From Steroidobacteraceae bacterium (lineage in GTDB: Bacteria; Pseudomonadota; Gammaproteobacteria; Steroidobacterales; Steroidobacteraceae): a stretch of DNA of 64,000 bases. Numbering within the stretch: the first letter of the stretch is position 1; the number at the start of each line of letters is the position of its first letter. Under the pieces are notes generated by a model. The model worked only from the letters and a program-made list of their open reading frames with translations. It was not told where the DNA came from and ran no database searches. Location: contig DASXPL010000002.1 in assembly GCA_036493615.1 (NCBI GenBank), forward strand, positions 1,995 through 65,994. Reading direction: 5' to 3'. Of this stretch, positions 30,559 to 44,087 are shown piece after piece. Made by a program: the position numbers and the translations under genes.

Positions 30559-31794
30559 GTGAGTAAGCCTCCCGTTCGCCCGCTGTCCCCGGTCAGCCAG
30601 CCGCCGCTCAGCGAGGTCACGCGCGCGGTGCGCGCGGGCATCGAGTGTGACGATGCCACCGGCTGCGTCGTGCCGCCGCTGCACCTGACCTCGACGTTCG
30701 CCTTCCGCGGCTTCGGCGAGAAGCGCAAGTACGACTACACCCGCTCGGGCAATCCCACGCGCGACCTGCTGGCCTGTGCGCTGGCGGACCTGGAGCAGGG
30801 GGCCGGAGCGGTCGTCACCGCCAGCGGCATGGCCGCGGTCACCGTCACCGGCTACCTCGTGCCCGCCGGTGGCCGCATCATCGCCCCGCACGACTGCTAC
30901 GGCGGCACCTACCGCCTGTTCGATGCCTGGAAGCGCCGCGGTGAACGCAACGTGGAGTTCGTGGACTTCGGCGATACGGCCGCGCTGCGCGGGGCGCTCT
31001 CGACCCCGGCCGATCTGTTGTGGATCGAGACCCCGAGCAATCCGCTGCTGCGCATCACCGACATCGCCGCCTGTGCGGCGCTCGGGCGCGCGGCCGGGGC
31101 GCTCACGGTGGTGGACAACACCTTCCTCTCGCCGGCCTGGCAGCTGCCGCTGACGCACGGGGCGGACGTGGTGGTGCACTCGACCACCAAGTACCTGAAC
31201 GGTCACTCGGACGTGGTCGGTGGCGCGGTGGTCGCCCGCGACCCGGCGCTGCACGAGCAGCTGGCCTGGTGGGCCAACTGCTTAGGGTTGACCGGGGCCC
31301 CCTTCGACAGCTTCCTCACCCTGCGCGGCATCCGCACCCTGCACGCGCGCCTGGAACACCACGGCCGCAACGCCCAGGCGCTGGCCGAGTGGCTCACCGG
31401 GTGCGAGCCGGTGCAGAAGGTGTGGTACCCGGGGCTGTCCTCGCACCCGGGACACGAGCTGGCCAAGCGCCAGCAGAAGGGCTTTGGCGCTGTGATCACC
31501 CTGGAACTGGCCGGCGGCCACGAGGCGGTGCGCGAGTTCGTCGGGGGACTCGAGTGCTTCTCGCTCGCCGAATCCTTAGGCGGCGTGGAGAGCCTGGTGG
31601 CGCACCCGGCCACGATGACCCACGCGGCGATGGATCCGGCCGCGCGCGAGCGCGCCGGGCTCACCGACGGGCTGATCCGCCTGTCCGTCGGAATCGAGGG
31701 ACTGGAGGATCTGAAGGAGGATCTCGCGCGCGGCCTGGAGCGCGTGAGCCGCGCGCTCAGCGCGGCGCCGATCCGCGCTGCCGCAGGTTGCTGA
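30559..31794 (+). CDS. metB: Cystathionine gamma-synthase / O-succinylhomoserine (thiol)-lyase family PLP enzyme
   Basis: Contains '[12 protein letters not shown]', '[16 protein letters not shown]' (PLP lysine) and 'LIRLSVGIE'. The GTG start is inferred. Confidence 0.85.
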   Translation: MSKPPVRPLSPVSQPPLSEVTRAVRAGIECDDATGCVVPPLHLTSTFAFRGFGEKRKYDYTRSGNPTRDLLACALADLEQGAGAVVTASGMAAVTVTGYLVPAGGRIIAPHDCYGGTYRLFDAWKRRGERNVEFVDFGDTAALRGALSTPADLLWIETPSNPLLRITDIAACAALGRAAGALTVVDNTFLSPAWQLPLTHGADVVVHSTTKYLNGHSDVVGGAVVARDPALHEQLAWWANCLGLTGAPFDSFLTLRGIRTLHARLEHHGRNAQALAEWLTGCEPVQKVWYPGLSSHPGHELAKRQQKGFGAVITLELAGGHEAVREFVGGLECFSLAESLGGVESLVAHPATMTHAAMDPAARERAGLTDGLIRLSVGIEGLEDLKEDLARGLERVSRALSAAPIRAAAGC

Positions 31795-32836
31795 GCACCG
31801 CGGCGCCGGCCTGGGCGGTGCTCGCGGCCGCCCCGGCGGGGGCCATGTCCGCGGTACGCACGCCGGCGGCGAAGGCCGCATAGACACTCGCCTCGAGCGC
31901 CGCGGCTTCCGCCTCCAGCTGAAGCGAGTGCCGCAGCAGCAAGGCGGCGCTGAGGATCGCACCATACGGATTGGCGATGCCGCGCCCGGCGATGTCCGGC
32001 GCCGAGCCGTGGATCGGCTCGTAGAGGCCCTGGCGCGCCTCGCCGAGGGAGGCCGACGGCAGCAGCCCCAGCGAGCCTGCCAGCATCGCCGCCTCGTCGG
32101 TGAGGATATCGCCGAACATGTTCTCCGTGACCAGCACGTCGAAGTCGCGCGGCCGGCGGATCAGGTGCATCGCCGCCGAGTCCACCAGCATGTGCTCCAG
32201 GGTCACGTCCGGGAATTGCTCGGCCACCACGCGCGAGCTCACCTCGCGCCACAGGCGCGAGGTTTCCAGCACGTTCGCCTTGTCGATGGAGGTGAGCCGG
32301 CGGCGCCGGGTGCGCGCGAGCTGGGCAGCCACGCGCACGATGCGTTCGATCTCCTCGACCGTATAGGTACACAGGTCCGAGGCGCTGCGGGCATCGCGGC
32401 GCTTGTCCCCGAAGTAGATCCCGCCGGTGAGTTCGCGCACGAACACAAGGTCCACCCCGTCCACGACCTCGCGCTTGAGCGTCGAGGCATCGGCAAGGGC
32501 CGGATGCACCGCCACCGGGCGCAGGTTCGCGAAGGTCCCGAGCTCGCGGCGCAGGCGCAGCAGGCCCGCTTCCGGGCGCAGGGGGGCCTTCGGATCGGAC
32601 CACTGCGGTCCGCCGATCGCCCCCAGGAGGATCGCATCGGCGCTGCGGCAGGCGGCGAGCGTCCCCTGGGGCAGAGGATCGGCATGGGAATCGATGGCGG
32701 CGCCGCCGAAGGGATGAAAGCTGAGCGTGAAGTCGTGGCCGAAGCACTGCGCCACGGCGGAGAGGCATGCTGCAGCCTCGGCAATGACTTCCGGCCCGAT
32801 GCCATCACCGGGCAGGACGGTGATCGCGGCCTTCAT
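31757..32836 (-). CDS. leuB: 3-isopropylmalate dehydrogenase
   Basis: Contains '[17 protein letters not shown]', '[15 protein letters not shown]' and '[14 protein letters not shown]'. Confidence 0.93.
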   Translation of the reverse strand: MKAAITVLPGDGIGPEVIAEAAACLSAVAQCFGHDFTLSFHPFGGAAIDSHADPLPQGTLAACRSADAILLGAIGGPQWSDPKAPLRPEAGLLRLRRELGTFANLRPVAVHPALADASTLKREVVDGVDLVFVRELTGGIYFGDKRRDARSASDLCTYTVEEIERIVRVAAQLARTRRRRLTSIDKANVLETSRLWREVSSRVVAEQFPDVTLEHMLVDSAAMHLIRRPRDFDVLVTENMFGDILTDEAAMLAGSLGLLPSASLGEARQGLYEPIHGSAPDIAGRGIANPYGAILSAALLLRHSLQLEAEAAALEASVYAAFAAGVRTADMAPAGAAASTAQAGAAVLSNLRQRGSAPR

Positions 32837-33405
32837 GGGCGCTGCTCGAAAGCCTCGATCGCCGCGCGCCGCTCGAGCAGGTAACCGAGCTCGTCGATCC
32901 CCTGCAGCAGGCAGTGCCGGTCGAACGCTCCGAGCGGAAAGTGCACGGCGGCGCCGCTGGGCAGGGTGAGCATGCCGGCCGCGACGTCGATGTGGACCTG
33001 CGCCCCCGGGTGGGCGATCAGCCAGGCACTGGTGGATTCGTCCACGATCAGCGGCAACAGGCCGTTCTTGAGCGCGTTCGAGCAGAAGATGTCGGCCAGC
33101 TCGGTGCTGATGACGGCGCGGAAGCCGTAGTCGAGCAGGGCCCACGGTGCGTGCTCACGCGAGGAACCGCAGCCGAAGTTGTGGCCCGCGACCAGCACCT
33201 GGCAGCCGCGCGATTCCGGGCGGTTGAGGATGAACTCCGGGCGCGGTGCGCCGGCGGCATCGTAGCGCCAGTCGGTGAACAGTTGCGCACCCAGGCCGGC
33301 GCGGGTGGTGGTGGTGAGGAAGCGCGCCGGGATGATCTGGTCGGTGTCGATGTTGGCACTCGGCATGACCACGGTGCGCGCGGTGAGGCTCGTGAAGGGT
33401 TGCAT
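32833..33405 (-). CDS. leuD: 3-isopropylmalate dehydratase small subunit
   Basis: Contains '[13 protein letters not shown]' and '[15 protein letters not shown]'. ATGA overlap with leuB. Confidence 0.93.
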   Translation of the reverse strand: MQPFTSLTARTVVMPSANIDTDQIIPARFLTTTTRAGLGAQLFTDWRYDAAGAPRPEFILNRPESRGCQVLVAGHNFGCGSSREHAPWALLDYGFRAVISTELADIFCSNALKNGLLPLIVDESTSAWLIAHPGAQVHIDVAAGMLTLPSGAAVHFPLGAFDRHCLLQGIDELGYLLERRAAIEAFEQRP

Positions 33406-33428
33406 GGGGGTAGGTGCGCGCGCCCGCT

Positions 33429-34835
33429 TTAGAGCAGTTCGCGCGGGTCGGTGACCCGGCCGGTGAGCGCGCAGGCGGCCGCGGTGACCGGACTTGCCAG
33501 GAGCGTGCGTGCGCCTGCGCCCTGGCGGCCCTCGAAGTTGCGGTTGCTGGTGCTGACGGAATATTCGCCCCTGCCGACCAGGTCCCCGTTCATCCCCAGG
33601 CACATCGAGCAGCCGGACTCGCGCCACTCCGCGCCGGCCTCGAGGAACACCCGGTCCAGGCCCTCGAGCTCGGCCTGGCGCTTGATGTCCTGGGAGCCGG
33701 GCACCACCAGCATGGTGATGCCACGGGCGATGCGCTTGCCGCGCAGCACTGCCGCCGCGGCGCGCAGGTCCGACAGCCGGGCGTTGGTGCAGCTGCCCAC
33801 GAACACCACGTTCACCTTCTGGTGCTTGATCGGCTCTCCGGCCGTGAACCCCATGTAATTGAGCGCGCGCGCAAACGCCGCATCCCCGGGACGCTGCGGG
33901 ATCGAGGCGGAGATCGGCACCACCATGCCGGGGTTGGTGCCGTAGGTAATCATCGGCTCGATCGTGGACGCATCGATCGCCACCTCGCGGTCAAAGGTGG
34001 CGTCGGGGTCTGAGGGCAGGGTGCGCCAGTGCGCGAGTGCCTGCTCCCACGCCACCCCCGCCGGGGCGCGCGGCCGGCCGGCGAGGTAACGGTAGGTGAC
34101 TTCGTCCGGGGCGATCATGCCGGCGCGGGCGCCGGCCTCGATCGACATGTTGCACACGGTCAGGCGCTCATCCATTGCTAGGGCGCGGATGGTCGAGCCG
34201 CGGTACTCGATCACGTGCCCGGTGCCGCCATCGACCCCGATGGTGCCGATGATCGAGAGGATCAGGTCCTTGGCGGTGACCCCGGCTCCCAGCTGCCCCT
34301 CGACATTGATGGCGAAGGTTCTTGGCTTGCGCTGCAGCAGGCACTGCGTGGCGAGCACGTGCCCGACCTCGGTGGTGCCGATGCCAAAGGCCAGTGCGCC
34401 GAGTGCGCCGTGGGTGCTGGTGTGGCTGTCGCCGCAGACGATGGTCTTGCCCGGCTGCGATAGCCCGAGCTCCGGCCCGATGACGTGCACGATGCCACGC
34501 TGCGCATCGCGCAGCGCGAGCAGCTCCACCCCGAACTCGGCGCAGTTGCGCTCCAGCTGCTGCACCTGGCGGGCGGCGGAGTCCACCGCGATCGGCGCCC
34601 CGCCGAACACCTGGGCGGTCTTGGTCGGGGTGGAATGGTCCATGGTCCCGAGCACGCGCTCGGGGCGGCGCACGGTCAGGCCCCGCTCCCGCAGCACCTG
34701 GAAGGCTTGCGGGGAGGTGACTTCGTGGATCAGGTGCAGGTCGATGTACAGCACCGCCGGGGCGGTGTCGGTCTCGGGGCTGACCTCGTGGGCGGTCCAG
34801 ACCTTGTCAAAGAGCGTGCGTGTGCGTTCGGGCAT
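33429..34835 (-). CDS. leuC: 3-isopropylmalate dehydratase large subunit
   Basis: Aconitase-family motifs '[12 protein letters not shown]', '[12 protein letters not shown]' and '[10 protein letters not shown]'. Confidence 0.93.
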   Translation of the reverse strand: MPERTRTLFDKVWTAHEVSPETDTAPAVLYIDLHLIHEVTSPQAFQVLRERGLTVRRPERVLGTMDHSTPTKTAQVFGGAPIAVDSAARQVQQLERNCAEFGVELLALRDAQRGIVHVIGPELGLSQPGKTIVCGDSHTSTHGALGALAFGIGTTEVGHVLATQCLLQRKPRTFAINVEGQLGAGVTAKDLILSIIGTIGVDGGTGHVIEYRGSTIRALAMDERLTVCNMSIEAGARAGMIAPDEVTYRYLAGRPRAPAGVAWEQALAHWRTLPSDPDATFDREVAIDASTIEPMITYGTNPGMVVPISASIPQRPGDAAFARALNYMGFTAGEPIKHQKVNVVFVGSCTNARLSDLRAAAAVLRGKRIARGITMLVVPGSQDIKRQAELEGLDRVFLEAGAEWRESGCSMCLGMNGDLVGRGEYSVSTSNRNFEGRQGAGARTLLASPVTAAACALTGRVTDPRELL

Positions 34836-34850
34836 GGGCGAGCGTGCCCC

Positions 34851-35813
34851 TCAGCGGCCGGCCGCCGCGGTGCGCGGGGCGGACATGTCGACGTAGTCCA
34901 GCCAGCCCCACTTGTCGGGCGTCTTGCCGTTGAAGAGGCCGAAGAAGGCGTTCTGCAGCGTCTCGGTGACCGGGCCGCGCTTGCCGTTGCCGACGCTCAG
35001 GCGATCGACCGAGCGGATGGGGGTGATCTCCACCGCGGTGCCGGTGAAGAAGGCTTCGTCGGCGACGTACAGCAGCTCGCGCGGCAGCGCCGCCTCGCGC
35101 ACCTCGAGCCCGCGCTCGCGGGCCAGACGGATCACCGTGTCGCGGGTGAGCCCGTTGAGCACCGAGTGCGCCAGCCCCGGGGTGAGCAGCACCCCGTCCT
35201 TCACCAGGAACAGGTTCTCGCCGGAGCCCTCGCTCAAGGTTCCGTCCGAGGACAGGCCGATGCCCTCGGCAAACCCCAGGCGCCGGGCCTCCATGCCGAT
35301 GAGCTGGCTGGAGAGGTAATTGCCGCCGGCCTTGGCGATGGCCGGGATGGTGTTGGGGGCCACGCGCTGCCAGGAGGTGATGCAGGCATCGACGCCCGCC
35401 TCGATCGAGTCGGCCCCGAGGTAGCCGCCCCATTCCCAGGCTGCGATCGCCACTTCCGTCGGCGGCTCGACCTTGGGGGTCACGCCGATCTCGCCATAGC
35501 CGCGGAACACCACCGGGCGGATGTAGGCGCCCTTGCTGAGGCTGTTGGCAGCGATCACCTGGCGGCAGGCCTCGTTGATCTGCTCGGCCGAGAACGGCAC
35601 GCCGATGCGGTAGATCTTGGCCGAGTCCATCAGGCGCCTGGTGTGGTCGCGCAGGCGGAACACGGCCACGCCCTGCGGGGTCTGGTAGGCGCGGATGCCC
35701 TCGAACACCGAGGAGCCGTAGTGCAGCGCGTGGCTGAGCACGTGCACGGTGGCCTTCTCCCAGGGGACGAGCTTGCCGTTGAACCAGATGAACTGCGTGG
35801 CCGGGATGGGCAT
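34851..35813 (-). CDS. ilvE: Branched-chain amino acid aminotransferase
   Basis: Contains 'IWFNGKLVPWEKATVHVLSHALHYGSSVFEGIRAY' and 'DKWGWLDYV'. Confidence 0.92.
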   Translation of the reverse strand: MPIPATQFIWFNGKLVPWEKATVHVLSHALHYGSSVFEGIRAYQTPQGVAVFRLRDHTRRLMDSAKIYRIGVPFSAEQINEACRQVIAANSLSKGAYIRPVVFRGYGEIGVTPKVEPPTEVAIAAWEWGGYLGADSIEAGVDACITSWQRVAPNTIPAIAKAGGNYLSSQLIGMEARRLGFAEGIGLSSDGTLSEGSGENLFLVKDGVLLTPGLAHSVLNGLTRDTVIRLARERGLEVREAALPRELLYVADEAFFTGTAVEITPIRSVDRLSVGNGKRGPVTETLQNAFFGLFNGKTPDKWGWLDYVDMSAPRTAAAGR

Positions 35814-35822
35814 GGGATCTCC

Positions 35823-37397
<1,575 letters not shown>

Positions 37398-37450
37398 CCT
37401 CAGACTAGTAAGTCAGTTGAGCCGCGCGCCGCTGCGGCGCGGCGGATGAT

Positions 37451-38446
37451 TCAGCGTTTCTCCTGCAGCCACGGCATGCGCGCCCGCAGGCGCGCGCCGA
37501 CTTTTTCGATCTGGCGGTTCATGTCGGCCTTGAGCAGCTTGTTGTAGTTGCGCTTGCCGGCCTGCTCGTTCTCGCGGATCCACTGCCTGGCGAAGGTGCC
37601 GTCCTGCACCTCCCCGAGGATCTTCTTCATCTGCCGCTTCGTGCGCGCATCCACCACGCGCGGGCCGCGGGTGAGGTCCCCGTACTTGGCGGTCTCGGAG
37701 ATGAACTGATGCATCTTGGTGATGCCGCCCTCGTGCAGCAGGTCCACGATGAGTTTCAGTTCGTGCAGGCACTCGTAGTAGGCAACCTCGGGCTGGTAGC
37801 CCGCTTCCACCAGGGTCTCGAAGCCCTTGACCACAAGCTCGGTGGCGCCGCCGCACAGCACCGCCTGTTCGCCGAACAGATCCGTCTCGGTCTCCTCGGC
37901 GAAGGTGGTCTCGAGCACCCCGCCGCGCGTGCCGCCGATGCCACCGGCATAGGCCAGAGCCCGGGCGTGCGCCTTGCCCGTGGCGTCCTGCGCCACGGCC
38001 AGAAGGCACGGCACGCCGCGCCCCTGCTGGTACTGGCGGCGCACCAGGTCGCCGGGGCCCTTGGGGGCGATGAGCACCACGTCGAGGTCCTTGCGCGCGG
38101 TGATCTGGCCGAAGTGCACGTTGAAGCCGTGCGCAAAAAGCAGGGTGGCCCCTTTCTTCAGGCCGGACTTGATGGACTGGTAGAAGGCCTTCTGCGCGGT
38201 ATCCGGCAGCAGCATGGCCACCAGGTCCGCCCCGGCCACCGCTGCGGCCGGCTCGGCCACGGCCAGGCCGTCTTTCTTCGCCTTTTTCCAGCCCGTGCCG
38301 CCCCTGCGCACGCCGACCACCACGTCGAAGCCTGAGTCGTGCAGGTTGAGCGCATGCGCGCGTCCCTGGCTGCCGTAGCCGAGGATGGCGATGCGCGCCC
38401 CCTTCAGGGCCTTCCGGTCGACGTCTTTCTGCGAATACAGCCTCAT
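37451..38446 (-). CDS. ilvC: Ketol-acid reductoisomerase (class I)
   Basis: Contains '[21 protein letters not shown]' and '[10 protein letters not shown]'. Confidence 0.93.
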   Translation of the reverse strand: MRLYSQKDVDRKALKGARIAILGYGSQGRAHALNLHDSGFDVVVGVRRGGTGWKKAKKDGLAVAEPAAAVAGADLVAMLLPDTAQKAFYQSIKSGLKKGATLLFAHGFNVHFGQITARKDLDVVLIAPKGPGDLVRRQYQQGRGVPCLLAVAQDATGKAHARALAYAGGIGGTRGGVLETTFAEETETDLFGEQAVLCGGATELVVKGFETLVEAGYQPEVAYYECLHELKLIVDLLHEGGITKMHQFISETAKYGDLTRGPRVVDARTKRQMKKILGEVQDGTFARQWIRENEQAGKRNYNKLLKADMNRQIEKVGARLRARMPWLQEKR

Positions 38447-38490
38447 CTGGGGTCACTCCTCAATGCCCGCGCGTGGGGCGGTTGGCAAAC

Positions 38491-38535
38491 AGAAAAAACC
38501 CCGCAGCGGCTTTGGGCCGGTGCGGGGTCTTTTTG
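38491..38535 (-). terminator. Rho-independent attenuator terminator of the ilvC-leu leader
   Basis: On the minus strand, CCCCGCA...TGCGGGG forms a GC stem followed by TTTTTTCT. It lies between the leader-peptide stop and the ilvC start. Confidence 0.75.
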
Positions 38536-38564
38536 GTGTCTTGTCGCTCGTGCCTGGTGGTTGT

Positions 38565-38696
38565 TCAGGCGTTCGCGAGTGCCCCGCACCGCTCGCTCCG
38601 GCTAAGGAGCAGCAGTACCGGCAGTACCAGCAGCAGCCCACCGCGCACGCATCGCTGCGCGACATCGGGGAGGGGCTGGAGGTCAGTCTTACTCAT
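38565..38696 (-). CDS. ilv/leu operon leader peptide (43 aa, Leu/Val-rich)
   Basis: Hand translation gives MSKTDLQPLPDVAQRCVRGGLLLVLPVLLLLSRSERCGALANA*. It has a run of 8 Leu and 2 Val in 11 codons. AGGA lies ~13 nt upstream. It is too short for the ORF track. Confidence 0.7.
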   Translation of the reverse strand: MSKTDLQPLPDVAQRCVRGGLLLVLPVLLLLSRSERCGALANA

Positions 38697-38721
38697 GCTG
38701 CGAACATATCCTGATCCACCG

Positions 38722-38751
38722 ATGGGAGCACACGGGCAATCGGCTTGTCAA
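38722..38751 (-). promoter_or_regulatory. Candidate sigma70 promoter for the leader/ilvC operon
   Basis: Minus strand: TTGACA (38751-38746), an 18-nt spacer, then TCCCAT (38727-38722). Confidence 0.35.
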
Positions 38752-38773
38752 CGCGAATAGTCGCGCGCGGCGC

Positions 38774-40081
38774 GTGCGTTTAAGCTTGCCGCCCGTGGCC
38801 GCAGGTCGCATCCCCCAGCCCAGTCCCTTCGCTGAAGGCAGCTTCCGCCGCGAGATCCTGCCGTGGGGGCTGCTCGGTCTTGCGCTCGGGCTGGTGGAGG
38901 GGGCTACGGCGGCCGTGCTGGTGAAGCAGCACTTCGGCCGCGCCGCCTCGCTCTTCGGGGTGAACATCGCAGTCGCCCTGGTGAGCGGGGCGCCGGCCTT
39001 CTCCAACGTGCTGTCCTTCGTGTGGGCCAATGTCGCGCACGGGCGCGCGCGCGTCGGGCTCATGGTGACCCTCCAGGCAGGCTTTGCGCTGGCCGTCGGC
39101 AGCGTCGCCTTCGCCTCCGCGGGGGCGCGCGGCCTGCTGTTCACCGTCGCCTCGATCATCGTTGCCCGGGTGCTGTGGGCGGCGATCCTCACCGTGCGCG
39201 CGGCCGTGTGGACGGCCAACTACCCGCGCAACGTGCTGGCGCGCATCACCGGGCGCATCGTCATCGTCAACTCGATCGCCGTGGCAAGTTCGGCGGCGCT
39301 GGTGGGATGGGCGCTCGAGGCACACGTGGTGGATGCGCGCTGGCTCTACGGCGGCGGGGCGCTGGCCGGCTTGGGCGGTGCATGGCTGTACCGGGCGATG
39401 CGCGTGCGGCGCGAGTTCCAGCTGCTGGCCGCCGAGGGGGCGAGCGGGGCGAAGAGCGAGCCCTTCAGCCTGGCGATGCTGACGCTCATCCTCAGGCAGG
39501 ACCCCTCCTACCGCGAGTACATGCTGTGGATGGGGGTGTTCGGGGCCGGCAACCTGATGCTCACCGCGCAACTGGTGTTGCTGTTCTCCGAGCACATGCA
39601 CCTGTCCAGCGGCACGCAGATCGGGCTGCTCGCGGTGGTGCCGCTCATTACCCAGCCGCTGTTCCTGCCGGCCTGGGCGCGCTTGTTCGACGGCTCGCAC
39701 GTGGTGCGCTACCGCGCCCGGCAGGGCTGGGCGCTGGTGCTCGCCAGTGCCGTGCTCGCCCTCGGGGTGTTCACCGCATCGCTCGCGGTGCTTTGGAGCG
39801 GGGCGGTGCTGCTCGGGGCGGCGCAGGCCGGTGCTAATCTAGGCTGGAACCTCGGGCACAATGATTTCGCCTCCGCGGGGCGCGCGCAGCACTACATGGG
39901 TGTGCATGTCACCCTCACCGGGCTGCGGGGCGGGCTCGCCCCGCCGGCCGGGGTGCTCGCCTACATGGGACTCGAGGCGCTGCATGCCGGCGCCGGGGAG
40001 TACGCGCTGGCGCTGCCGCTGGCCATGACGGTCGCCGGGGCGATGGGCTTTAACCGCATGCGCCGGGCGCGCGGCGAATAG
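38774..40081 (+). CDS. MFS-type transporter
   Basis: About 12 hydrophobic segments and a basic C-terminus. The GTG start is uncertain. It lies 22 nt upstream of ilvD. Confidence 0.7.
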   Translation: MRLSLPPVAAGRIPQPSPFAEGSFRREILPWGLLGLALGLVEGATAAVLVKQHFGRAASLFGVNIAVALVSGAPAFSNVLSFVWANVAHGRARVGLMVTLQAGFALAVGSVAFASAGARGLLFTVASIIVARVLWAAILTVRAAVWTANYPRNVLARITGRIVIVNSIAVASSAALVGWALEAHVVDARWLYGGGALAGLGGAWLYRAMRVRREFQLLAAEGASGAKSEPFSLAMLTLILRQDPSYREYMLWMGVFGAGNLMLTAQLVLLFSEHMHLSSGTQIGLLAVVPLITQPLFLPAWARLFDGSHVVRYRARQGWALVLASAVLALGVFTASLAVLWSGAVLLGAAQAGANLGWNLGHNDFASAGRAQHYMGVHVTLTGLRGGLAPPAGVLAYMGLEALHAGAGEYALALPLAMTVAGAMGFNRMRRARGE

Positions 40082-40103
40082 ACAAGGAACGGGCAAGGGA
40101 CAC

Positions 40104-41810
<1,707 letters not shown>

Positions 41811-41911
41811 GCCATCGCCGCAGTTGTCAGTCAGAAACGCAGCGGTTACAGTTCGCGAAGAGTATTCGTCGCTGCGCGCGAAAGCCGCGCACTCCGTCCG
41901 GGGCCGATTCT

Positions 41912-41917
41912 TATAAT
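41912..41917 (+). promoter_or_regulatory. Perfect TATAAT -10-like hexamer in the ilvD-tonB spacer
   Basis: 'gattcTTATAATcagg' lies in an AT-richer island. No convincing -35 element is present. Confidence 0.25.
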
Positions 41918-42102
41918 CAGGGGCCCATCGGACCGAATGCCAGATAAGATGATTGACCGATGGTGAAGTGGGAAGGTCCTGCGGGGCATGACTGCCGCGC
42001 AGGGTCCGGGGTCCGGGTACTTGGATTGAGGCAGCGGATGCTTCGGCGCCGCTGCCACACTTGCAGGTCCGGCGTACTAGACAGCACGACGATAAGTAAC
42101 TC

Positions 42103-42732
42103 ATGGCTGCTTACACCGAACAGGATTCCCAGTTCTTTACGCGCCGCGGCGTGGTGGTGGCAGCGATCCTGCTCCTGCACCTCTTCATTCTGTGGGCGCT
42201 GGTGAGCGGGCTCGCCAGCCGCGCCATCGAGGCGATCGCACCGCCGGTACAGGCGGTGTTCCAGCCCGAAGAGGTCAAGAACACCCCGCCGCCGCCACCA
42301 CCGCCGCCGACCTTCGAGCGTCCGCCGGTGGAGATCCCGCCGACCGACACGATCGTCGAGGCGCCCGTGGCGGCCGCCACCACCGCCATCAGCAACGTCA
42401 CGACGCATCCGGTGGCCGCAGCGGTGGTCGCGCACGCCGTGGCGCGCACGGCGGCTGGCCCGGGCAAGGGCTTCCCGAACAGCGAAGAATTCTACCCGCC
42501 TGCCTCCAAGCGTCTCGAGGAGCAGGGCATGGCGGTGATCAACGTGTGCGTCGGGACGGATGGCAGGCTCACCGCAGCGCCGACGCTGGATAAGACGTCC
42601 GGATTTCCGCATCTGGATGAGGCGGCGATCAAGCTGACCACCTCTGCGTCCGGGAAGTACCGACCGGCCACGGAAGATGGCAAGCCCATCGCCTCGTGCA
42701 ACAAGTTGGGTATCAGGTTCCAGATCAGGTAA
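42103..42732 (+). CDS. tonB: Energy transducer TonB
   Basis: N-terminal transmembrane helix with 'LLLHLFILWAL', the Pro-rich spacer 'NTPPPPPPPPTFERPPVEIPP', and a C-terminal TonB domain. Confidence 0.9.
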   Translation: MAAYTEQDSQFFTRRGVVVAAILLLHLFILWALVSGLASRAIEAIAPPVQAVFQPEEVKNTPPPPPPPPTFERPPVEIPPTDTIVEAPVAAATTAISNVTTHPVAAAVVAHAVARTAAGPGKGFPNSEEFYPPASKRLEEQGMAVINVCVGTDGRLTAAPTLDKTSGFPHLDEAAIKLTTSASGKYRPATEDGKPIASCNKLGIRFQIR

Positions 42733-42792
42733 TCAATTCAGACGCCGCGCTGACCGTAGTGCGGCATTCTTTTTGTCGATTCGAGGAAAACT

Positions 42793-43551
42793 ATGGAAAA
42801 CACAGCCGCAGCAGCCGCCTCTACCGTCACCACTTCCAACCCTTACGGCCTCGGTGCGCTGTGGGCGGGCGGTGACATCATTGCCCGTTCGGTGCTCATC
42901 CTCCTTCTGATCATGTCGCTCGCCTCCTGGTACGTCATGCTCACCAAGCTGTGGGATCAGGCCAAGCTCAAGAAGTCCGCCAAGGCGGTCGAGAAGGCCT
43001 TCTGGACCGCCCCCTCGATCAAGGACGGCGTCGAGCGCCTGAGCAAGGGCGATGAGTTCCGCGCCATCGCCGAGGACGGCCTGCGCTCGGCCTCGCACCA
43101 TGACGGCCGCCTGACCGACCGCATCGACCTGAACGAGTGGATCACCATGTCCCTGCAGCGCTCGGTGGACACGGTTAACAGCAAGCTGGGCACCGGCCTG
43201 GGCCTTCTGGCCACCGTCGGTTCCACCGCCCCGTTCGTGGGACTGTTCGGCACGGTGTGGGGCATTCTCAACGCCCTCGTCAGCATCGGCGTCGCCGGCC
43301 AGGCGAGCATCGACAAGGTGGCAGGACCCGTCGGTGAGGCACTGATCATGACCGCCATCGGTCTGTTCGTCGCGGTGCCCGCAGTCATGGGCTACAACTG
43401 GCTGCTGGGGCGCAACAAGGCCCTGCAGGACAAGCTGCGGAACTTCACGAGCGACCTGCATGCCTACCTGGTAAGCGGGGCGCGCATGGACGTCGCCGGG
43501 GCCGGTGGGGTGCGTCCGGCGGCCGCCAAGGCCGCCCCGGTCGTCAAGTAA
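42793..43551 (+). CDS. exbB: MotA/TolQ/ExbB proton-channel protein
   Basis: Contains 'LATVGSTAPFVGLFGTVWGI' and 'VGEALIMTAIGLFVAVPAVMGYN'. Confidence 0.92.
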   Translation: MENTAAAAASTVTTSNPYGLGALWAGGDIIARSVLILLLIMSLASWYVMLTKLWDQAKLKKSAKAVEKAFWTAPSIKDGVERLSKGDEFRAIAEDGLRSASHHDGRLTDRIDLNEWITMSLQRSVDTVNSKLGTGLGLLATVGSTAPFVGLFGTVWGILNALVSIGVAGQASIDKVAGPVGEALIMTAIGLFVAVPAVMGYNWLLGRNKALQDKLRNFTSDLHAYLVSGARMDVAGAGGVRPAAAKAAPVVK

Positions 43552-43627
43552 GCTGCCGCCGGGGGTTAGCCGGGTGCGCAGCAGCGCCCCGGCCGCCCCT
43601 TGCGCCTTTGTAAGGAGTGGCTGATCC

Positions 43628-44068
43628 ATGTCAATGAACGTCGGCAGCAGCGATGGCGAGGAGCCGGGTGCGATTTCCACCATCAACACGACGCCCCTGG
43701 TGGACGTCATGCTGGTGCTGCTCATCATCTTTCTCATCACGATTCCGGTCATCAACAAGACGGTGAAGGTCGACCTGCCCAAGGCGGTCAACATCCCGAC
43801 CCAGACCAAGCCGGAAAACATCACGATCGCCGTCGACAAGGACGGCAACATCTACTGGAACGACACACGCGTGCCGAGCCCTGATGCGCTGCTGCTGGAT
43901 GTGAAGCAGGCGGCGGTCATCAAGCCGCAGCCGGAGATCCACATCCGCGGCGACCGGGAAACCCGCTACGAGGCCATCGGCCGGGTGATGTACATGGTGC
44001 AGCGCGGCGGCATCCAGAAGGTCGGGTTCCTCACCGAGCCTGACCACGGCGTGCGCGGCTACCGCTGA
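43628..44068 (+). CDS. exbD: Biopolymer transport protein ExbD (copy 1)
   Basis: Contains 'INTTPLVDVMLVLLIIFLIT'. AAGGAG lies upstream. Confidence 0.9.
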   Translation: MSMNVGSSDGEEPGAISTINTTPLVDVMLVLLIIFLITIPVINKTVKVDLPKAVNIPTQTKPENITIAVDKDGNIYWNDTRVPSPDALLLDVKQAAVIKPQPEIHIRGDRETRYEAIGRVMYMVQRGGIQKVGFLTEPDHGVRGYR

Positions 44069-44087
44069 ACTTCAGGAGTTTTATTCT

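Noticed and set aside
41955-42075. A possible cobalamin riboswitch upstream of tonB (GGTGAAGTGGGAAGG..., GCTGCCACAC, CAGGTCCGGC).
   Set aside because: The canonical GCCACTG core and the B12 box (AGYCMGGAGACCKGCC) are not present in the proper form or order. The resemblance is partial and needs cmscan before any claim.
41917-42612. A 231-aa ORF antisense to tonB and its leader.
   Set aside because: It overlaps the clearly genuine tonB gene. It has a shadow-frame composition rich in Arg, Gly and His, and it has no recognisable motifs.
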